Below are positions 37,655 through 48,013 of a stretch of DNA of 64,000 nt, piece after piece. Each line of letters starts with the position of its first letter. Position 1 is the stretch's first letter. The notes under the pieces were generated by a model, which was not told where the DNA came from, did not search any database, and saw only the letters and a program-made list of their open reading frames with translations. The DNA is from Deltaproteobacteria bacterium (lineage in GTDB: Bacteria > Myxococcota > JACRCW01): positions 1 to 64,000 of the forward strand of contig JACRCW010000080.1 in the NCBI GenBank assembly GCA_016218805.1, in the 5' to 3' direction. A program made the translations under genes and the position numbers.

Positions 37655-39787
37655 GTGACGGGACCTGGGGCATTGGCACGCTGGCAGATGGCCGTTGAGG
37701 ACTGTCCGGATGGCTGGCGGCCGTTCCTGTCCACGGTGCACGCGCGCGTGGGGTTGGGGGACGGCTGGGTGACCGTTCGCATGGTGGAGCGGTTCCTTGC
37801 AGAAAACGCCAGGGATCCCGGAGCGCTGGTGCCCGCGGAGGCCCTGCTGCAGGCGCCGGAGGAACCGGCCTGCGCCCCGGCGGTGGCCGTGCTGCGGGAC
37901 GCACTGGCCCCGCTGCCGGTCCTGGGCCGGCCCCCCGCCGCAGTCCGGTCCGCGGAGAGCACCACGGGGGAGCGGACGTCGGCCGAGACCTGGACCACCC
38001 TGGCGGATCCGCGCGGGCGCGAGGGGTCCACGGAGGACACCGGGATGGGCCTGACGGACGCCGTCACCGCGCCCACCGCGGAGCAGGTTCCGCCGCTGGC
38101 CACCCCCGGGGCGTACACGCCCATGGACGCGGGTGCCGCGCTGGTGGAGCACACCAACCAGGATGACCAGTCCCCCGCGCCCGGACGCCTGGACGCGCAG
38201 GGGCGCCTGTACGCGGAACACCAGGACCGCCCGCTGGTGCCGGCCAGCCCGGAGCTGGCGGAGGCGCTGGAGACCATGGCGCAGGCGGTGGAGGAGGGCG
38301 CCGGCTGGCCGGAAGGCGCGCGCACGCTGGAGGGACGCACCCACCTGATGACCCGGCTGGAGGAGGCCGTGGCCGCGGGCCTGGGGCAGGACGACATTGC
38401 CGGCATGGCGCCGTTGGCCGCCGTGCGCCTGCGTGTGGCGGCGTGCGCGCTGGCCCTGGCGCTGGCGCGCCGCGAAGACGACGAGGACCTGCAGACCCGC
38501 GCCGGCGCGCTGCTCACCGCGCTGCTGGCCGGCGAGCCGCGGCGCAGCGTGCGCTCCGCGCTGGCGGCGGCGCTGATGGCCTGGCCGGACCTCCCACCAG
38601 ACGCGGGCGAAATGCTCTTGTCCGCGCTGGCAGAGCTGATGCCCGTGGCGCCGGCGTACGCCGCGTGGGAGGCGCTGCGCGCGCCGGGAGACCCCCTGTG
38701 GGTGCGCCACGTGGTGTACGCCACCGAGTACAAGCTGGTGCGTGACGGCTACGAAGCGGCGGGGTTTGCGCGCGTGCAGGAGCGGCCGCTGGTGCTGCAG
38801 CGCGACGTCCCCGGCGGGCGGCCCATCCGCGTGGAGGTGCGGCGCGCGCAGGCCGGCCTGGTGCTCTCCGACGAGCGCGACCCCGAAGAGGTGCTGATCC
38901 TCTCCGGGCTGGCCTTTGTGGTGGAGCGCACCGCGCCGGCGTTCCCGCGCGTGGTGGTGGCCGCCTTCCGGCGGGACCCGTTTGGCGTGCCGCGCATTGC
39001 CGACCGTTTCCCCGGTGACCACGTCATTGGCGTGGCGCGCGGGGACAAGCCGCTGGACGACGTGGGGTACTTCACCGCGCTGCTGGCCGGCCTGGCGCGC
39101 AAGGAACCCTACGCGCTGCTGCGCCAGAAGTGCCGCGAGACCGCCCCGCTGATGACGCTGCGCACGCTGTGGCCGCACGAACCCGGCGCGCTGCGGGCCG
39201 CCGGCGGCGCGCCTTCGCCGTTCACCGCGGACCCCACCGCCATTGTGGAGCACCGCCTGACGTGGGCCAGCCCGCGCGCGTCCCGCCGCCCGTTTGACCT
39301 CAAGTGGCGCAATGATGCGCCGGACACCACCAGCTACCTGGCCATGGAGGTGGCGGCGTCACTGGCCAGCACGCCCGTGGGCCGCGAGGACCTCCCGGTA
39401 CTGGAGCCCGGCGGTTTCCATGAGGGCCTGCCGGATGTGGACGTGCAGGTGGGTGCCGCGCTGTGGCGCGTGTCGCTCACGCGCGGGCTGTGCGGCCAGG
39501 CGGAGGAGGCGTTGGCCGCGCTGGTCACGCTGCACACGCACGCGCGCCACGGGGAGCTGGCCGGCGAGACACCCCGCAGCGCATTGCTGCTGGGCGCCGT
39601 CCACGCCGCGCGCATGGTGGTGCTGCACTGCGCCACGCGCGAGCTGGCGCGCGACGTGGTGGCCGCCGTGCTGCGGCACGCGGGGATGCCCGCCGCCATC
39701 AAGCTGGAACACCTGCTGGCCGCGGCGGAGGACCCGGAAGCGCTCAATGCGCTGAAGGTGGCGCACCATCGGTGGGCGGCAGGGTGA
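37655..39787 (+). CDS. Large hypothetical protein
   Basis: GGAGG RBS before GTG 37655; long ORF; no motif recognised. Confidence 0.65.
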   Translation: MTGPGALARWQMAVEDCPDGWRPFLSTVHARVGLGDGWVTVRMVERFLAENARDPGALVPAEALLQAPEEPACAPAVAVLRDALAPLPVLGRPPAAVRSAESTTGERTSAETWTTLADPRGREGSTEDTGMGLTDAVTAPTAEQVPPLATPGAYTPMDAGAALVEHTNQDDQSPAPGRLDAQGRLYAEHQDRPLVPASPELAEALETMAQAVEEGAGWPEGARTLEGRTHLMTRLEEAVAAGLGQDDIAGMAPLAAVRLRVAACALALALARREDDEDLQTRAGALLTALLAGEPRRSVRSALAAALMAWPDLPPDAGEMLLSALAELMPVAPAYAAWEALRAPGDPLWVRHVVYATEYKLVRDGYEAAGFARVQERPLVLQRDVPGGRPIRVEVRRAQAGLVLSDERDPEEVLILSGLAFVVERTAPAFPRVVVAAFRRDPFGVPRIADRFPGDHVIGVARGDKPLDDVGYFTALLAGLARKEPYALLRQKCRETAPLMTLRTLWPHEPGALRAAGGAPSPFTADPTAIVEHRLTWASPRASRRPFDLKWRNDAPDTTSYLAMEVAASLASTPVGREDLPVLEPGGFHEGLPDVDVQVGAALWRVSLTRGLCGQAEEALAALVTLHTHARHGELAGETPRSALLLGAVHAARMVVLHCATRELARDVVAAVLRHAGMPAAIKLEHLLAAAEDPEALNALKVAHHRWAAG

Positions 39788-39837
39788 GCGGCAGGGACCG
39801 CATGCCTTCCCACCGCACGCCCGACGCACCAGGCAGG

Positions 39838-41079
39838 ATGGCGTCCCGCAAGCGGGCCTTTGGGCTGGCGGTCGTCGCTGGCGCGCTGGTGATGGCGCTG
39901 TGGACCTGGCGCGCCGCGGATGCCGGGCCGGTGCGCACGCGCGGGTCCGCAGCGCCGGCCGCCGCCACGCAGCCCAGGACCGCCACGCCGCGCGCCCCCG
40001 AGCCGGAACCGGCACCCGCGGCGCCCGTGCCCCAGCCGCCACGCACGGAGAGTCTGGTCCCGGTACCCGCGCGCCCCGAGCAGCCCGGTGACGGCGGCAC
40101 CACGGCGACCGTGGCCGCCTGGCTGCGCAGCAACGCCGAGGAAGCGCGCCGTGCGGTGGACATCCTGTGTCAGGAGCACGAGAGCCTGCGGTTTGAGCGC
40201 GTCTTCCCCCCGCACAAGACCGAGCAGGACGCCGCGGAGTTCATGGCCCTCCAGGTGGACTGGATGGCAACGGAACACCACCCGGAGCCCGTGCTCGGCG
40301 CCGCGCACCTGGCCACCGGCCTGCGCGACCGCGTGCGCGACCTGGGGCCCGACTGGCTCCTCAAGCTCACCGACGACGACCTGCGCGGCCTCGACTTCTC
40401 GTGGCTGCAGCGCCTGCGGGAGTTTGACCACTGGACGCCGCGCCTGGTGGGCCCCCCGTCCAACTGGCCGCGCGAGGACAGCCCGTTCCTCCCGCTGGCG
40501 GACTACCTGCAACTCCAGACCTGGGGAAAACTCCGCTTCGCCGCGGCGCTGCGCACCGGAGACCTTCTGGCCGCATCGGCCGACGTGCAGCACCTGGCGC
40601 AACTGCTCCATTCGCAGGGGATACTGGTGGCGGACATGGTGGCCCTGGCGCTGATGAACATGGACGCGCGGATGCGGGACACCGCCGAGCAGATGGGCTC
40701 CTCCGTCACCGGCTGGGAGCCGCGCCCCGTGGACGCGGAGCTGCGTGACCGCTTCAAGCGCATGAGCGCAGCGTCACTGGGGTTCATGCTGCCCGGGGTG
40801 CCTGAGGACGTCATGCGCCGCGCCTTGGCGTGCTCGCCCACCCGCTGCGTGACGCTGATTGAAGGGACCGCGCAGTTCAGCCACTTTGAACACTTCTGGC
40901 CCGAGCCCGTGGGCCGGACGTCACCGGACGCCCTGGTGGCGGCCGCGGGCTGTGACGGGGGGTTGCTGCGCCGCGCCCGCTCCGTGCCACCCGCGGACCT
41001 GGAGGCAGCGCTGGCGTTCCTCCGCGAAGGCCCGTCCGCCGGTGTCGCCAGCCTGTTTGTGGATTTTGGCGCGCGCTGA
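39838..41079 (+). CDS. Hypothetical membrane-anchored protein with Pro-rich linker
   Basis: N-terminal TM; start could be 39784 or 39802. Confidence 0.65.
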   Translation: MASRKRAFGLAVVAGALVMALWTWRAADAGPVRTRGSAAPAAATQPRTATPRAPEPEPAPAAPVPQPPRTESLVPVPARPEQPGDGGTTATVAAWLRSNAEEARRAVDILCQEHESLRFERVFPPHKTEQDAAEFMALQVDWMATEHHPEPVLGAAHLATGLRDRVRDLGPDWLLKLTDDDLRGLDFSWLQRLREFDHWTPRLVGPPSNWPREDSPFLPLADYLQLQTWGKLRFAAALRTGDLLAASADVQHLAQLLHSQGILVADMVALALMNMDARMRDTAEQMGSSVTGWEPRPVDAELRDRFKRMSAASLGFMLPGVPEDVMRRALACSPTRCVTLIEGTAQFSHFEHFWPEPVGRTSPDALVAAAGCDGGLLRRARSVPPADLEAALAFLREGPSAGVASLFVDFGAR

Positions 41080-41088
41080 CGCGTGCCT

Positions 41089-41529
41089 TCACCGCTCCGC
41101 CGCCAACGCGGTGATCCACGGGAGCACCTCGTCACGCAGGCCGTAGCGGCGGTCACGCCTGGTCCGGCCACGCGTGCGGATGGGCACCGTCACCCGGTGC
41201 GCGCGCGCGTGTCGCGCAATGGTGGAGTGAATCCCCGCCAGCCGCCGCTGGTTGACGCCCAGGGCGCGCTCCAGCTCGTCCGGGCGGTGCATCCGGTGGG
41301 TGAGCATGGCCAGCTCCTTGCGGTCCACCGCGCGCAGCCGTTCCCAGAAACGCCGCATGGCTTCCGTGATTTCCACCGGCGGCCCGTCCTGCCCACGCGG
41401 CCGGTCTTCAGGCACGGAGACCTTCATGGGCGGCGGCAGGCTGCGCCCGAATAGCAGCGCCTCAATGATGGCCACCCGCGCGTCCTCGTCAGGCAGGTCA
41501 ATGGTGAGTCCCCGGTGCATGAGCTTCAT
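41089..41529 (-). CDS. Hypothetical protein, possible winged-helix DNA-binding domain
   Basis: DELERALGVNQRRLAGIHSTI HTH-like segment plus basic wing ending RRYGL. Confidence 0.55.
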   Translation of the reverse strand: MKLMHRGLTIDLPDEDARVAIIEALLFGRSLPPPMKVSVPEDRPRGQDGPPVEITEAMRRFWERLRAVDRKELAMLTHRMHRPDELERALGVNQRRLAGIHSTIARHARAHRVTVPIRTRGRTRRDRRYGLRDEVLPWITALAAER

Positions 41530-41562
41530 GGGTACTGGATATCATATGCGGCCGTCATGGCG

Positions 41563-41773
41563 CACGAACCGGGCAGTAAATGGCATGGCTTCAGCCAGTA
41601 TATGGGCCTGCTGCGGCCAGCTTGCGGGATGGCTTCAGGCGGTTCACGGCATGTTACCGCCCAGTATGGGTGGTCTGACCTCATCTACTGCGCGACGCGG
41701 TCCCCGATCATGGCAGGCGAGTCGGCCAGTCATGGCGGACATTTCGGGTATTCATGCCGGTCACTGCGGCTGT
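41563..41773. repeat. Degenerate 22-bp-period tandem repeat array (two blocks)
   Basis: ATGGCTTCAG at 41585/41629, CCAG at 41595/41617/41661; TCATG..CGG units at 41708/41730/41752. Confidence 0.55.
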
Positions 41774-41870
41774 TCACTGAGGTTGCCCCACCCGTTTGTA
41801 GCGGTCGGACGTGGGTGTTTGGGAGGTACGACGTGGGCGCTTGGGCGGTGGGACGTCCCCCAGTCCGTGG

Positions 41871-43616
41871 TCAGGCCGCCGGCAGTGACACGACAAACCG
41901 CGTTCCCTCCCCGGGGGTGCTCGCCACGCTGACGGTGCCGCCCATCTCCTCCACCAGGTGGCGCACAATGCTCAGGCCCAGCCCGGTGCCGCCCGCCTCG
42001 CGCGAACGCCCCGCGTCCACCCGGTAAAACCGCTCAAACAGCCGCGGCAGGTGCGCGGCCTCCATCCCCGGCCCGTTGTCCTCCACGGTGGTGACCACGC
42101 GGTCCTGTTCCACCGCGGTGCGCACGCGCAGGCGCGTGCCCGGCGGGCAGTGCTGCAGCACGTTGTCCACCAGGTTCACCAGCACCTGCTCCAGCGCGCG
42201 GCGGTCCGCGCGCGCGGCCCGCGGCGCCGCGTCATCCTGCACGTGCAGTTGCAGGCCGCGCTCCTCCGCGCGCGGGCGCACCAGCGCCAGCACCTGCGCC
42301 ACCGCGGCCCCCACGTCCACCGCCTCCGGCGTCAACCGGTACTGCTGGGACTCAATGCGGGACAGGTCCAACAGGTCGGACACCAGGCGGTGCAGCCGCT
42401 CCGCGTTGCGTTCAATGATCCCGGCAAACTTCCCCGCCGCCACCCTGTCGTGCTCAATCGCGTCGCGCAGCATCTCCGTGGCGGCGCGGACGGAAGCCAC
42501 CGGCGTGCGCAGTTCGTGACTGGCGTTGGCCACAAAGTCCCGCCGCATGCCCTCCAGGCGCCGCAGTTCTGTGACGTCCACGCAGACCACCAGCAGCCCG
42601 GGCGTGCTGCCCGTGATGGCCGCGCCGCGCACCTGCAGCCGGCGCGGTTGCAGCCCCTCCAGCACCACTTCCACCTCGTGCGGGCCGTCACGGCGTTGCA
42701 TGGCGTGCAGCGCGTCCCGCAGCGCGCCGGGAGCCACCACGTCATCCACGGGGCGGCCGCGCGCATCCGGCGGCAGCAGCAGCATCTGCCGCAGCGCGGC
42801 GTTGAACACCGCCACGCGCCCGTCGGGAGACACCAGCAGCACGCCCTCCTGCATGCCGGTGAGCACCTCGTCCAGCAGGTCGCGCTCACCGCGCAGCGCG
42901 GCCACCGTCTCGGACAGGTTGCGGGCCAGCGTGTTGAGCGCGCGGCCCACGGACACAAACTCGTCCTCGCCCTCATCCGGCACGCGCGCCTCCAGGTGGC
43001 CCGCGGCCATGGCATCCGCCGCGCGCGTGAGCGCCAGCGCGCGCCGGCCCGCCCACTGCGCCACCAGCGACGACATCAGCACCGCCACCAGCAGCCCGAT
43101 GAGCGCGCCGGCAAACAGCGCCCGCCGCAGCGGTGCGAGCGCGTGTTCCACGTCATCCAGCGCGCGCGCCACGCGCACCACGGCGCCGGGGTGCTCCGGC
43201 CGCAGCACCGCCACGTACATCATGGGCTTGCCCACCGTGTGGCTGGCGCGCGTGTCCTCCCCCGTTCCGTGCGCCAGCGCCTTGCGCACCTCGGGGCGGT
43301 CCGCGTGGTTCTCCACGGACGCCAGCGCGGCTTCGTCCACGTCAGAGTCCGCCGCCACCCGGCCCGTGGCGTCCACCACGGTGATGCGCACTTCCGCCCG
43401 GCGCGCCAGTTCCCCCACGCGCGCCTGCAGGCTCCCGCGCGGGTCCTCCGCCAGCGCGCCGGCCAGCAGGGTGGCGCGGACGCGCAGGTCCTCGCGCGTG
43501 CGCGTGACCAGGTTGTCACGCAGCTCACCCGACGCGTAGCCGTGCGCCAGTGCCAGCGACAACGCGATGATCACGACACCGAGGGCGAACAACTTGAGGC
43601 GGATGCCCACCTTCAC
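41871..43616 (-). CDS. phoR: Phosphate sensor histidine kinase (HAMP-PAS-HisKA-HATPase)
   Basis: ENHADRPEV, DFVANASHELRTP, FERFYRVD, GGTGLGL. Confidence 0.93.
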   Translation of the reverse strand: MKVGIRLKLFALGVVIIALSLALAHGYASGELRDNLVTRTREDLRVRATLLAGALAEDPRGSLQARVGELARRAEVRITVVDATGRVAADSDVDEAALASVENHADRPEVRKALAHGTGEDTRASHTVGKPMMYVAVLRPEHPGAVVRVARALDDVEHALAPLRRALFAGALIGLLVAVLMSSLVAQWAGRRALALTRAADAMAAGHLEARVPDEGEDEFVSVGRALNTLARNLSETVAALRGERDLLDEVLTGMQEGVLLVSPDGRVAVFNAALRQMLLLPPDARGRPVDDVVAPGALRDALHAMQRRDGPHEVEVVLEGLQPRRLQVRGAAITGSTPGLLVVCVDVTELRRLEGMRRDFVANASHELRTPVASVRAATEMLRDAIEHDRVAAGKFAGIIERNAERLHRLVSDLLDLSRIESQQYRLTPEAVDVGAAVAQVLALVRPRAEERGLQLHVQDDAAPRAARADRRALEQVLVNLVDNVLQHCPPGTRLRVRTAVEQDRVVTTVEDNGPGMEAAHLPRLFERFYRVDAGRSREAGGTGLGLSIVRHLVEEMGGTVSVASTPGEGTRFVVSLPAA

Positions 43617-44311
43617 GCGCGCTCCCCGCCGGGGGTGGCGGCAAACCGGTACCCCACGCCACGCACCGTCTCGATGTAGTCCCCCGCGCGGCCCAACTTC
43701 TCCCGCAGGCGTTTGACGTGGGTATCCACCGTGCGCGTGGTGATGTCCGCCTCAATGCCCCACACCTTGTCCAGCAGCACGCTGCGCGTCTGCACCCGGT
43801 CACGCGTGCCGTGCAGCGTGACCAGCAGTTCAAACTCCATGGGCGTCAGGTGCACCTCCACGTCCTCCACAAACACCCGGTGCGCCTCCCGGTCCACCCG
43901 CAACGGGCCGAATTGCACCACGCTCTCCGTCGTCGGCACCGCCTTGCCGCGCTTGAGTACCACGCCAATGCGCAGCATCAGCTCACGCACGCTGAACGGC
44001 TTGACCACGTAATCCTCGGCGCCCAGCTCAAACCCCAGCACCCGGTCAATCTCCTCGCCCTTGGCCGTCAACATCACAATGGGGATACCCGCCGTGGCGG
44101 GGTCCCGCTTGAGGGCCTTGCAGACCTCTGTCCCGGGCAGGTCCGGGAGCATGACGTCCAGCAGCACCAGGTCTGGTCGCTTCTCGCGCGCCAGGCGCAG
44201 CGCATCCGCGCCGCGGAACGCCTGCACGGGCTCGTCTCCGCGCTGGCGCAGGCTGTAGGCCAGCACTTCCTGCAGGTCCGCTTCATCCTCCACCACGAGG
44301 ATCCGTGCCAT
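43613..44311 (-). CDS. phoB: PhoB/OmpR-family response regulator
   Basis: ILVVEDE, LLDVMLP, KPFS, RTVDTHVKRLREKL, ETVRGVGY. Confidence 0.92.
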   Translation of the reverse strand: MARILVVEDEADLQEVLAYSLRQRGDEPVQAFRGADALRLAREKRPDLVLLDVMLPDLPGTEVCKALKRDPATAGIPIVMLTAKGEEIDRVLGFELGAEDYVVKPFSVRELMLRIGVVLKRGKAVPTTESVVQFGPLRVDREAHRVFVEDVEVHLTPMEFELLVTLHGTRDRVQTRSVLLDKVWGIEADITTRTVDTHVKRLREKLGRAGDYIETVRGVGYRFAATPGGERA

Positions 44312-44381
44312 GGCGCGCCAAGTAGGCGCGCACGACACCGCCGGCAAGCGCGGCCACCGTGTCCACCAAAGTTCTCCGCGG

Positions 44382-44399
44382 CCGTCACACAACCGTCAC
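44382..44399 (+). promoter_or_regulatory. Pho box
   Basis: CCGTCAC-ACAA-CCGTCAC direct repeat with 11-bp period, between phoB and pstS. Confidence 0.8.
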
Positions 44400-44432
44400 A
44401 TGCGGCCCCCATGGTGCGCGCCGGAGGTGCCC

Positions 44433-45455
44433 ATGCGCATGTTCACCGTCTGCACGCTGTCCCTTGTTGCTGCGCCGCTGCTGGCTGCGGGCACGCTCAT
44501 CACCGGAGCGGGCGCAACGTTCCCCTATCCGCTCTACGCGCGCTGGTTCTCGGATTACGGCAAGGCCCGCGCGGAGGTGCAGTTCAACTACCAGTCCATC
44601 GGGTCGGGCGGCGGCATCCAGCAGGTCACGCGCGGCACGGTGGACTTTGGCGCCACGGACGCGCCCATGACGGATGACGAACTGACCCGCGCTCCCGGGA
44701 TCCTGCATGTGCCCACGGTGCTTGGCGCCGTGGCGGTGGTGCACAACACGCCGGTGAAGGACCTGCGGTTGAGCGGCGCGGTGCTCGCGTCCATCTTCCT
44801 GGGCACGGTCACGCGGTGGAATGATCCCGCCATTGCCGCACTGAACCCGGGGACAGCGCTGCCGTCTTCCGCCATCACCGTGGCGCACCGGGCTGACGGG
44901 TCCGGCACCACCGCCATCTTCACGGACTATCTTGCGCGGGTTTCCCCGGAGTGGCTCAAGAGCGTGGGACGCGGAAAAGCGGTGAAATGGCCCACGGGGC
45001 TGGGTGGCAAGGGCAATGATGGCGTGACCGCGTTGGTGAAGCAGGCGCCCGGCGCCATTGGCTACGTGGAGCTGGCGTATGCCAACCAGAACGCATTGCC
45101 GGTGGTGGCGTTGCAGAACCGCGCGGGGGTGTTCGTGCGCCCCACGTTGGCTTCCACCACGGCTGCCGCCGCCGGCGTCACGCTTCCCGGTGATTTCCGG
45201 GTTTCCATCACGGACGCGGATGGAAAGGACGCCTATCCCGTGGCCGCGTTCACCTATCTGCTCATCCACGCGGACAACCCGGACACGGCCAAGGGCACCG
45301 CGCTGGCGCGCTTCCTGTGGTGGGCCATCCATGACGGGCAGAAGGTGGCGCCGTCGCTGGATTACGCCCCGCTGCCGGCTCCCGTGGTGGCGCGCGTGGA
45401 GGAGCGCATCCGCCAGCTGAAGGCGGGCGGCAAGGCCGTGGTGCTTGAGCCATGA
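44433..45455 (+). CDS. pstS: Phosphate ABC transporter substrate-binding protein
   Basis: GAGATFPYPLY, NYQSIGSGGG, RADGSGTT. Confidence 0.95.
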   Translation: MRMFTVCTLSLVAAPLLAAGTLITGAGATFPYPLYARWFSDYGKARAEVQFNYQSIGSGGGIQQVTRGTVDFGATDAPMTDDELTRAPGILHVPTVLGAVAVVHNTPVKDLRLSGAVLASIFLGTVTRWNDPAIAALNPGTALPSSAITVAHRADGSGTTAIFTDYLARVSPEWLKSVGRGKAVKWPTGLGGKGNDGVTALVKQAPGAIGYVELAYANQNALPVVALQNRAGVFVRPTLASTTAAAAGVTLPGDFRVSITDADGKDAYPVAAFTYLLIHADNPDTAKGTALARFLWWAIHDGQKVAPSLDYAPLPAPVVARVEERIRQLKAGGKAVVLEP

Positions 45456-46414
45456 GCATGGCGCACACCGCACCGCTGGCAATGTCCGGGGCCCCGCCCC
45501 GACGGGCGGGGAGCGTCCGCACCGGCGACCGGTTGTGGCGCCTGTTCCTCCTGGCGGCCGGCTGCGGCGTGTTCCTGTTGACGGCATTGATTCTGATCGT
45601 GCTGGCGCGGCTGGCGCTTCCGGTGCTGCACCAGCCGGGCACCTGGGCGTTCCTGACGTCGTCGGACTGGGACCCGGTGGCCGAAAGCTTTGGCGCGCTG
45701 CCGTTTGTGTGGGGCACGCTGGTGACCAGCGCCGTCGCGGTGGTGCTCGCGTTTCCCGTCGGGCTGGGGGTGGCGTTGTTCATCACGGAGGTGGCGCCCA
45801 CCTGGCTGCGCCGGCCGGTGACCTTTGCCATTGAGCTGCTTTCGGCCGTCCCCTCCGTGGTCTACGGGCTTTGGGGTCTGTTCATTGTTGTCCCGTGGCT
45901 GCGGGAGACGGTGGAGCCGGCGCTGGGGGCGGCGCTGGGCTTCCTGCCGTTGTTCTCCGGGCCGCCGTTGGGGCTGGGCTACCTGGCGGCGGGGCTGGTC
46001 CTGGCGGTGATGGTCCTCCCCACGCTGGCCTCCGTGTCCATTGAGGTGATGCGTACGGTCCCCGCGGGCCTGCGCGAAAGCGCCTACGCCCTGGGCGCCA
46101 CGCAGTGGGAGGTGGTGCGGTTGGCGGTGCTGCCGCATTCCCGCAGCGGCCTGGTGGGCGCGCTGGTGCTGGGCACCGGGCGGGCCCTGGGTGAAACCAT
46201 GGCGGTGGCCATGCTCATCGGCAACGCGCCGTCGGTGGGCACGTCGCTGTTTGCGCCCGGTTACTCGCTGGCCAGCGTCATTGCCAATGAATTCGCGGAG
46301 GCTGGGTCTGACGCGCACGTGGGTGCGCTGGCCGCGCTGGGCCTGGTGCTGTTCCTGGTCACCATTGCGTTCAATGCGGCGGCGCGCCTGCTCATTGGCC
46401 GGAGGCAACCGTGA
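45452..46414 (+). CDS. pstC: Phosphate ABC transporter permease
   Basis: PSVVYGLWG, ALGATQWE, GRALGETMAV. Confidence 0.95.
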   Translation: MSMAHTAPLAMSGAPPRRAGSVRTGDRLWRLFLLAAGCGVFLLTALILIVLARLALPVLHQPGTWAFLTSSDWDPVAESFGALPFVWGTLVTSAVAVVLAFPVGLGVALFITEVAPTWLRRPVTFAIELLSAVPSVVYGLWGLFIVVPWLRETVEPALGAALGFLPLFSGPPLGLGYLAAGLVLAVMVLPTLASVSIEVMRTVPAGLRESAYALGATQWEVVRLAVLPHSRSGLVGALVLGTGRALGETMAVAMLIGNAPSVGTSLFAPGYSLASVIANEFAEAGSDAHVGALAALGLVLFLVTIAFNAAARLLIGRRQP

Positions 46415-47262
46415 AAGCGGCCCTTTCCCGGCGCGTCCGCAGCGCAGCCGCGTTCCTGCTCACCGCGTTGTGCGTGGTGATCGCGCTGGTGCCGCTGCTG
46501 TCGCTTGCGTGGCTGGTGGTGAGCCGCGGTTGGGCGGGCTTCTCCTGGGCGCTGCTGACGGAGGTGCCGGGGCCGCCCGGGGGTGCACCCGGCGGCGTTG
46601 GGAATGCGCTTGCGGGCACGGGCGTGGTGGTGTTCTGGGCCGCCCTGCTCGGGCTGCCACTTGGGATTGGCGCCGGCGTGTTCCTGGCCGAATCCGATCA
46701 CGACGACCGGCTCGCCTCCGCGGTGCGCTTCACCGCGGACGTGCTGGCGGGCGTGCCCTCCATCGTTGCGGGGATTGTGGCGTACGGGCTGATTGTGGCG
46801 CCGATGAAACGGTTCTCCGCGCTGGCGGGGGCGGTGGCCCTGGCGGTGCTGATGCTGCCCGCGCTGGCGCGCACCACGGAGGAGCTGGTGCGGCGCGTCC
46901 CCGGTGCGCTGCGCGAAGGCGGGCTGGCGTTGGGAATCCCGCAGTGGAAGACCAGCCTGCGCATTGTGCTGCCCGCGGCCGCGGCGGGGATTGCCACGGC
47001 GGTGCTGTTGTCCATTGCGCGCATTGCCGGAGAAACCGGGCCATTGCTGTTCACGTCACTGAACAACGCACACTGGAGCCTGGCGCCGGACCAGCCCATT
47101 GGGACGTTGACGGTGCAGCTGTACAACGACGCCATCAGTCCGTACCCCGCCATGCAGCAGCGCGCGTGGGCCACGGCGTTGTTGCTGCTGGTGGTTGTGG
47201 GGCTGCTGAACATGGCGGCGCGGGTGGTGGCGGGGCGCCGGGCGGAGGGGGCCCATGGATGA
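46411..47262 (+). CDS. pstA: Phosphate ABC transporter permease
   Basis: [19 protein letters not shown]. Confidence 0.95.
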   Translation: MKAALSRRVRSAAAFLLTALCVVIALVPLLSLAWLVVSRGWAGFSWALLTEVPGPPGGAPGGVGNALAGTGVVVFWAALLGLPLGIGAGVFLAESDHDDRLASAVRFTADVLAGVPSIVAGIVAYGLIVAPMKRFSALAGAVALAVLMLPALARTTEELVRRVPGALREGGLALGIPQWKTSLRIVLPAAAAGIATAVLLSIARIAGETGPLLFTSLNNAHWSLAPDQPIGTLTVQLYNDAISPYPAMQQRAWATALLLLVVVGLLNMAARVVAGRRAEGAHG

Positions 47263-48013
47263 GACCGTGCGGATGGCGGTGCGGGGATTGTCCGCCTTTC
47301 ACCGCGGCACCGCGGTGCTGCACAACGTCACGCTGGACGTGCGCGACCGCAGCGTGCTGGCGGTGATTGGGCCGTCAGGCTGTGGGAAGTCCACATTTCT
47401 GCGGTGTCTCAACCGCATGCATGAACTGGCGCCCGGCGCGTCCGTGACGGGGGAGATCCTCCTGGACGGGAGGGATATCCACGGACCCGGCGTGGACCCG
47501 GTGGCGCTGCGGCGGCGCGTGGGCATGGTGTTTCAGCGGCCCAACCCGTTCCCCACCATGAGCATCTTTGAGAACGTGGCGGCGGGCCTGCGGTTGAACC
47601 GCATGGCCGGGGACCTGGACGCGGTGGTGGAGCGGGCGCTGCGGGCAGCAGCGTTGTGGGACGAGGTGAAGGACCGCCTGCGCGGGTCACCGGGCTCATT
47701 GTCGGGCGGGCAGCAGCAGCGGCTGTGCATTGCGCGGGCGCTGGCGGTGGAACCGGAGGTGCTGCTGATGGACGAGCCCGCCAGCGCGCTGGACCCGATC
47801 GCCTCGGCGCGGGTGGAGGATCTCGTGCACGAGCTGAAGGCGCGCTACACGGTGGTGATTGTCACGCACAACATGCAACAGGCCGCGCGCGTGTCCGATT
47901 CCACGGCATTCTTTTACCTGGGGCGGCTGGTGGAGCACAGCCCCACGGCGGAGCTCTTCACCAACCCGCGTGAGGAGCGGACGGAGGAATACGTGACGGG
48001 GCGGTTTGGGTGA
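47255..48013 (+). CDS. pstB: Phosphate ABC transporter ATPase
   Basis: [28 protein letters not shown]. Confidence 0.96.
   Translation: MDETVRMAVRGLSAFHRGTAVLHNVTLDVRDRSVLAVIGPSGCGKSTFLRCLNRMHELAPGASVTGEILLDGRDIHGPGVDPVALRRRVGMVFQRPNPFPTMSIFENVAAGLRLNRMAGDLDAVVERALRAAALWDEVKDRLRGSPGSLSGGQQQRLCIARALAVEPEVLLMDEPASALDPIASARVEDLVHELKARYTVVIVTHNMQQAARVSDSTAFFYLGRLVEHSPTAELFTNPREERTEEYVTGRFG

Noticed and set aside
41563..41773. 22-bp array as a CRISPR or coding ORF (41515-42027+)
   Set aside because: Repeats too degenerate with no repeat-spacer structure; the ORF overlaps phoR antisense and looks non-protein-like
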